From an uncultured bacterium (GTDB lineage Bacteria; Oederibacteriota; Oederibacteriia; Oederibacteriales; Oederibacteriaceae): a DNA stretch of 64,000 nt. Under the pieces are notes generated by a model. That model searched no databases and was not told the origin of the DNA. It saw only the letters and a list, made by a program, of their open reading frames with translations. Position numbers and translations under genes: made by a program. Of this stretch, positions 59,462-64,000 are shown piece by piece; position 1 is the stretch's first letter; every line of letters starts with the position of its first letter. The stretch covers positions 640,001 to 704,000 of the forward strand of contig OZ218778.1 in assembly GCA_965112635.1 (NCBI GenBank), in the 5' to 3' direction.

Positions 59462-60325
59462 ATGTCGCTGATACAGATCTCGATCCTGGCTGTGATCCAG
59501 GGCATTGCCGAACTTCTGCCCGTCTCCAGCTCCGCCCATGTGATCGTGGCTGAAAAACTGATGGGCCTGCAACCGTCCTCCCCGGAAATGACCATGCTGT
59601 TGGTCATGCTTCATACCGGCACCATGTTCGCTGTTCTGGTCTATTTCTGGAAAAAATGGAAGGCCAGCTTTTTCCAGACAGGGAAAATGGCGGGCAATTT
59701 TTTGGTCCAGGTCCTGGTGGCCACCGTGGCCACCGGAGTGGTCGGCGTGTTTTTGCAGAAGATAATAGAAAAAATCATTTTGCGACATGTTCTGCACGCT
59801 GAAATAGAAATGATCTTTGACAGTCTGACCCTGATCGCCTGTGCTTTGGCCTGCGTAGGGATATTGATCATCTTGGCGGATCGAAGAGCCGGTAAGTCAT
59901 CCGGCAACGCCGAACTGACTCCCCGCTCTTCCCTGTGGATAGGCGCGCTCCAGGGCATCTGCCTGCCTTTTCGGGGTTTTTCCCGCTCCGGCGCGACCAT
60001 CTCCACCGGTCTGCTCTTAGGGCTGGCCCGGATGAAGGCCGAAGAGTTCAGTTTTGCCCTGGCTGTGGTCCTGACCCCGCCTGTCATCGCCCGCGAAGCG
60101 TGGCGGCTGCTCAAAAACCAGGCGCAAACAGGCGTTACGACCGGTCCCGGCCTCTTGTCTTTATTTTTTCCCAGCCTGCTGGGCATGGTCCTGAGCTTTA
60201 CGGCCGGCCTGCTGGCTCTAGCCTGGCTTTCCCGCTGGCTGGAGCAGGGCCGCTGGAAATTTTTCGGTTATTATTGCCTGGCGGCTGCTGTGGCCGTGGG
60301 GACTTTGGGTTGGTGCGGGTTTTAG
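59462..60325 (+). CDS. uppP: Undecaprenyl-diphosphate phosphatase
   Basis: QGIAELLPVSSSAH, H.GT, GFSRSGATI, AEEFSF. Confidence 0.93.
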   Translation: MSLIQISILAVIQGIAELLPVSSSAHVIVAEKLMGLQPSSPEMTMLLVMLHTGTMFAVLVYFWKKWKASFFQTGKMAGNFLVQVLVATVATGVVGVFLQKIIEKIILRHVLHAEIEMIFDSLTLIACALACVGILIILADRRAGKSSGNAELTPRSSLWIGALQGICLPFRGFSRSGATISTGLLLGLARMKAEEFSFALAVVLTPPVIAREAWRLLKNQAQTGVTTGPGLLSLFFPSLLGMVLSFTAGLLALAWLSRWLEQGRWKFFGYYCLAAAVAVGTLGWCGF

Positions 60326-60349
60326 TCTAAGTTAATTTTAGCCAGGAAA

Positions 60350-60386
60350 TAAAAAGGACGGGAAATAGCTTTCCCGTCCTTTTTTA
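60350..60386. terminator. Bidirectional intrinsic terminator
   Basis: aaaaaggacgggaaa-tagc-tttcccgtcctttttt between convergent uppP and satP. Confidence 0.85.
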
Positions 60387-60397
60387 ATTGCTTTGTA

Positions 60398-60985
60398 TTA
60401 CTTTTTGACCGGACAAACAGGTAATACGACCTTGCCATACACTTCGTTCAAGACCTGGGCCAGGCCCGTATAGATAGCCGAAAAACCGCACAGGATCCCC
60501 TCATAGCCCGCGATGGTCTTGACCGTCGCGTCCCCGGCAGCGTCCCCCCACGACAGCAGGAAGAACAGGATGAACAAACTCCCAAAAACGACCTGCAGGG
60601 CGCGGTTGATCTTCAGGGTGCCGATGAACATGACAAAAGTGAACAGCCCCCACATGAAAAGGTAGGCCGCCATGGCGCCGGGAGTGGCCGCGTCGATCCA
60701 GTTGAGCTTAGGCATCACGATCAACCCTACGAGGGTCAGCCAGAAAAAACCGTACGAGGCGAACGCCGTGGTGCCGAAGGTGTTGCCCTTTTTGTATTCC
60801 ATGATGCCCGCGATAATCTGGGCCAAACCTCCGTAAAAGATGCCCATGGCCAGGATCATGCTGTCCAGCCCCGTGTAACCCGCGTTGTGGATATTGAGCA
60901 GGACCGTGGTCATCCCGAACCCCAAAAGCCCCAGCGGAGCCGGGTTGGCCGTGGTGTCCTTGACTTGCATTTCACTGCTTGCCAT
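60398..60985 (-). CDS. satP: Acetate uptake transporter (SatP/YaaH/GPR1-FUN34)
   Basis: [33 protein letters not shown]. Confidence 0.95.
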   Translation of the reverse strand: MASSEMQVKDTTANPAPLGLLGFGMTTVLLNIHNAGYTGLDSMILAMGIFYGGLAQIIAGIMEYKKGNTFGTTAFASYGFFWLTLVGLIVMPKLNWIDAATPGAMAAYLFMWGLFTFVMFIGTLKINRALQVVFGSLFILFFLLSWGDAAGDATVKTIAGYEGILCGFSAIYTGLAQVLNEVYGKVVLPVCPVKK

Positions 60986-61191
60986 TGCCTATCCTCCTTT
61001 TTGACGATTTTTAGCCCATCGGTTGATGGGATCTAACAGGGGTAAGTGTACCATACCTCCCGTTAAAAGGCATTTTGCGGAAAATGCGGTTTTAATATCA
61101 TTCTAATGGAACTTTTCAGGGTTTGGGTTGTCTAAAAATCGGAATAAGCGGCTGAAAAAAGGCCGCGGAAAAGAACGAGGAGGCAAGGAAA

Positions 61192-61536
61192 ATGGAAAAT
61201 ATCTCCCGGTTCGTCCCCCTCAAGGAGGGCTACAACCGGTTTTTTGACACCTTTCAAAAGGTCATAGTGGAGAAAAGGAGCAACGGTTTCCACGTGGTCG
61301 GCACGGACCGCCGCCGCCAGAACGTCTCCGTGCCCGAGGAGCGCCGCAAACTCCCCGATGGCAACAGCTCCAACTTTATCAACTTGGGCAACGGGCTTTA
61401 TTACGACACCAGCCAGAACGCCATCATGAAAAAATCCGGCGCCCGGATGATGCTCTACTGCCGTGACCGCCGCAAAGTCCCGGGCACGGTCCCTGTGGAA
61501 CGGCGGATCAACCCCTACCAGTACCTGGTCGCCTGA
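61192..61536 (+). CDS. Small basic protein with two ...FD/YD...DRR...ERR repeats
   Basis: GAGGAGG RBS; internal duplication; similar to the ORFs at 43897 and 44339. Confidence 0.82.
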   Translation: MENISRFVPLKEGYNRFFDTFQKVIVEKRSNGFHVVGTDRRRQNVSVPEERRKLPDGNSSNFINLGNGLYYDTSQNAIMKKSGARMMLYCRDRRKVPGTVPVERRINPYQYLVA

Positions 61537-61720
61537 TTTTTTTCTGCGCCATTCCTGCCATCAGAACAACCGCTGGCCATTAACAAATCACGGTTTTTCT
61601 GTTATATTAATGGCAGGACTACAAGGAAACATCTTTTGGCACCCTCCGGATTTATTCGAGGCAAAACTAGTTTTGGGTTGATTGTTTTTACGATACTTTT
61701 TTGACAAAAGGACAAAACCG

Positions 61721-62557
61721 ATGTACAAAATTGTGGAAAAAAAGGCTCTCGCCCCTAACGTCAAACTGATGGGCATTGAAGCCGAGCATGTGGTCAGGAA
61801 CGCCAGGGCCGGCAACTTTATCATCATCGTCCCGGATGCCAAAGGCGAAAGGATCCCCCTGACCATCTATGACCTGGATAAAAAGAAAAATATCGTTTAC
61901 ACGATCTTCCAGGAGCTGGGCACCACTACTTTTAAGCTGGGCAGGCTCAATGTCGGGGAAAGCGTGTTTGCCGTGGCCGGTCCCCTGGGCAAGGCGTTTA
62001 CCATAGAGAAATACGGTAGAGTAGTCATGGTCGGCGGCGGCATCGGCATCCCGGCTATCTACCCTATCGCCAAGGCGCTCCAGCAAGCGGGCAATACCAT
62101 CATTTCCGTGGTCGGCGCCAGGAACAAGGGCCTCTTGATCCTGGAAAACGAAATGAAGAACGTCTCCAGCGAACTGTTGGTCGCCACGGACGACGGCTCT
62201 TACGGCAAAAAAGGCTTGGTCACCCACATCCTGCAGGAGCTGATCGATAAAAAAGAGCAGATCGACCTCGTGGTGGCGGTCGGGCCCGTGGTCATGATGA
62301 AAGCTGTCTCTGAAGTGACCCGTCCCTACAAAATAAAAACTATAGTCAGCTTGAACGCCATGATGATCGACGGCACAGGCATGTGCGGCGGCTGCCGCGT
62401 GACCGTGGGCAAGGACACTAAATTTTCCTGCGTGGACGGCCCGGAATTCGACGGCCATCTCGTGGATTTCGCCGAGCTGACCAGCCGCCTGGGCTCTTTC
62501 AAGAACGAAGAAAAAGAATCGTTGCACAAATGCAAATTGGAGCTCAACCTTGAGTAA
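61721..62557 (+). CDS. NfnA/SudB-like FAD/NAD-binding ferredoxin:NADP+ reductase subunit
   Basis: GERIPLTI, GPLG, GGGIG, TDDGS.G.KG, MIDGTGMCGGCRV...CVDGPEF. Confidence 0.92.
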   Translation: MYKIVEKKALAPNVKLMGIEAEHVVRNARAGNFIIIVPDAKGERIPLTIYDLDKKKNIVYTIFQELGTTTFKLGRLNVGESVFAVAGPLGKAFTIEKYGRVVMVGGGIGIPAIYPIAKALQQAGNTIISVVGARNKGLLILENEMKNVSSELLVATDDGSYGKKGLVTHILQELIDKKEQIDLVVAVGPVVMMKAVSEVTRPYKIKTIVSLNAMMIDGTGMCGGCRVTVGKDTKFSCVDGPEFDGHLVDFAELTSRLGSFKNEEKESLHKCKLELNLE

Positions 62558-63977
62558 AAAAGAGATGAAAAAAAAGCTGGAAGTGCGCACCCAGCCAGCC
62601 GGGGTTCGGGTGACCAATTTCGACGAGGTGGCCCTGGGGTTCAGCCCGGAAGAGGCCCTGGAAGAGGCCGGCCGCTGTTTGCAGTGCCCCAAACCCACTT
62701 GTATCAACGGCTGCCCGGTGAACATCAATATCAAGGAGTTCATCCATAAGATCACCCAGAACGATTTTTCCGGGGCGCTCAAGACCATCAAAGAAAAGAG
62801 TTTCCTGCCCGGTGTCTGCGGCCGGGTCTGCCCGCAGGAAGACCAGTGCGAAAAGGCCTGCGTGATGCATAAAATGCATAACGCCATCAATATCGGCGGA
62901 CTGGAAAGGTTTGCCGCGGACTGGGACATGGCCCATGGGACGCGGGAGGTCATTTTGCCCGGGAAAAAGCTGGACAAGTCCGGCAATCCCATCCGCATCG
63001 CCATTGCCGGTTCCGGGCCTTCCGGCCTGACCCTGGCGGGCGAGCTGGTCAAAATGGGTTACGCCCCGGTCCTTTTTGAAGCCCTGCACATCGTGGGCGG
63101 GGTGCTGGTCTATGGCATCCCCGAGTTCCGGCTTCCCAAAAAAATAGTGGAAAGAGAAGTGGACTATCTCGAAAAAATGGGCGTGGATATCCAGCCCAAC
63201 GTGCTGGTCGGCAAATCCTACAGCCTGGATGACCTGATGAGCATGGGTTTTAAGGCTGTTTATATCGGCGTGGGCGCAGGAATCCCCGTGTTCATGAACA
63301 TCCCCGGCGAGAATCTGAACGGCGTTTATTCCGCCAACGAAACTTTGACCCGCCTGAACCTTTTAAAAGCCTATATGTTCCCTGAATACGACACGCCGGT
63401 CAAAAAAGGCAAAAAGGTCGTGGTTTTGGGGGGCGGCAACGTGGCCATGGACGCGGCCAGGGTTTACCGCCGCATCCCCGGCGTGGAAAAGGTCACGATT
63501 TCTTACCGCCGTTCCGAGACCGAAATGCCCGCCCGGGCCGAAGAATCCTTTCGCGCCAAGGAGGAAGGCATCGAGTTTTTATACCTCACCAGTCCTGTGG
63601 AGATCCTGGGAGATGAAAAAGGCTGGGTCAAAGGCCTGAAACTGGTCAAAATGGAGCTGACCGAACCTGACCAGTCCGGCAGACGCGGAGTCAAACCCAT
63701 CCCGGGGAGCGAATTCACCATTGACGCGGATATCGTCATCCCGGCCATCGGCACCAAGGCCAATAAGCTTTTGACCACTGAGGTTAAGGACTTAAAACTC
63801 AATAAGTGGGGGTATATCGAGGTGGACGAATCCTTGGCCACTTCCATCCCTGGAGTTTTCGCCGGAGGCGACATCACCACCGGCTCGGCCACGGTCATCG
63901 CAGCCATGGGCGCGGGCAAAAAAGTCGCCCTTTCCATTGACCGCTATATCCAAAGCCTGGGCATCATCAAAGGATAA
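62550..63977 (+). CDS. NfnB/SudA-like (GltD-family) NADPH-dependent oxidoreductase subunit
   Basis: EAGRCLQC...C..GCPV, CGRVCPQE.QCE, GSGPSGL, YGIPEFRLPK, GGGNVAMD, GVFAGGD. Confidence 0.92.
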   Translation: MSKKEMKKKLEVRTQPAGVRVTNFDEVALGFSPEEALEEAGRCLQCPKPTCINGCPVNINIKEFIHKITQNDFSGALKTIKEKSFLPGVCGRVCPQEDQCEKACVMHKMHNAINIGGLERFAADWDMAHGTREVILPGKKLDKSGNPIRIAIAGSGPSGLTLAGELVKMGYAPVLFEALHIVGGVLVYGIPEFRLPKKIVEREVDYLEKMGVDIQPNVLVGKSYSLDDLMSMGFKAVYIGVGAGIPVFMNIPGENLNGVYSANETLTRLNLLKAYMFPEYDTPVKKGKKVVVLGGGNVAMDAARVYRRIPGVEKVTISYRRSETEMPARAEESFRAKEEGIEFLYLTSPVEILGDEKGWVKGLKLVKMELTEPDQSGRRGVKPIPGSEFTIDADIVIPAIGTKANKLLTTEVKDLKLNKWGYIEVDESLATSIPGVFAGGDITTGSATVIAAMGAGKKVALSIDRYIQSLGIIKG

Positions 63978-64000
63978 AAGGCTCAGAAAATGAAAAACCC

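Noticed and set aside
61688-63052. 454-aa antisense ORF and similar long shadow ORFs (13673-14551, 56203-57042, 45629-46480)
   Set aside because: They lie opposite well-supported genes and have no recognisable motifs, as expected from codon bias.
62550-63977. True glutamate synthase small subunit
   Set aside because: It is paired with an NfnA/SudB-type gene and no gltB is visible, so a bifurcating transhydrogenase is more likely.

Overview
Bacterial chromosomal window (about 52-55% GC by eye), mostly on the minus strand, from a diderm organism that is probably anaerobic. It carries an Rrf2-sufCBDSU-sufT Fe-S operon followed by moeZ, bcp and ybjQ, and larB and larC split by an envelope cassette (membrane protein, Fn3-like protein, FecR, outer-membrane beta-barrel). 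It also holds several PilZ genes, a GGDEF-CBM48 cyclase leading an exbB-exbD-tonB operon, glycoside hydrolases (GH38, GH4, GH116 and one unclassified), thyX, pilT, an ExeA-TPR ATPase, acs, satP, nfnAB-like genes and four tRNAs (Gly-TCC, Tyr-GTA, Leu-TAG, Thr-TGT). I saw no transposase, integrase, cas gene or CRISPR array. The most unusual signal is non-coding: four copies of a roughly 70-80 bp element. Each has a GCTTTT hairpin, an exactly 17-nt variable segment and an RGAARCGC motif. The variable segment is complementary to the flanking chromosomal site, which is a tRNA 5' junction in two copies, the neighbouring tandem unit in one and a stop codon in one. Also notable are a hairpin-rich element duplicating the tRNA-Leu 3' end and three paralogous small proteins built from an unrecognised ~48-aa repeat ending in DRR...ERR. 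Several frameshifts, a nonsense codon and odd start codons could be consensus errors. All calls come from reading the sequence; no database search was run.
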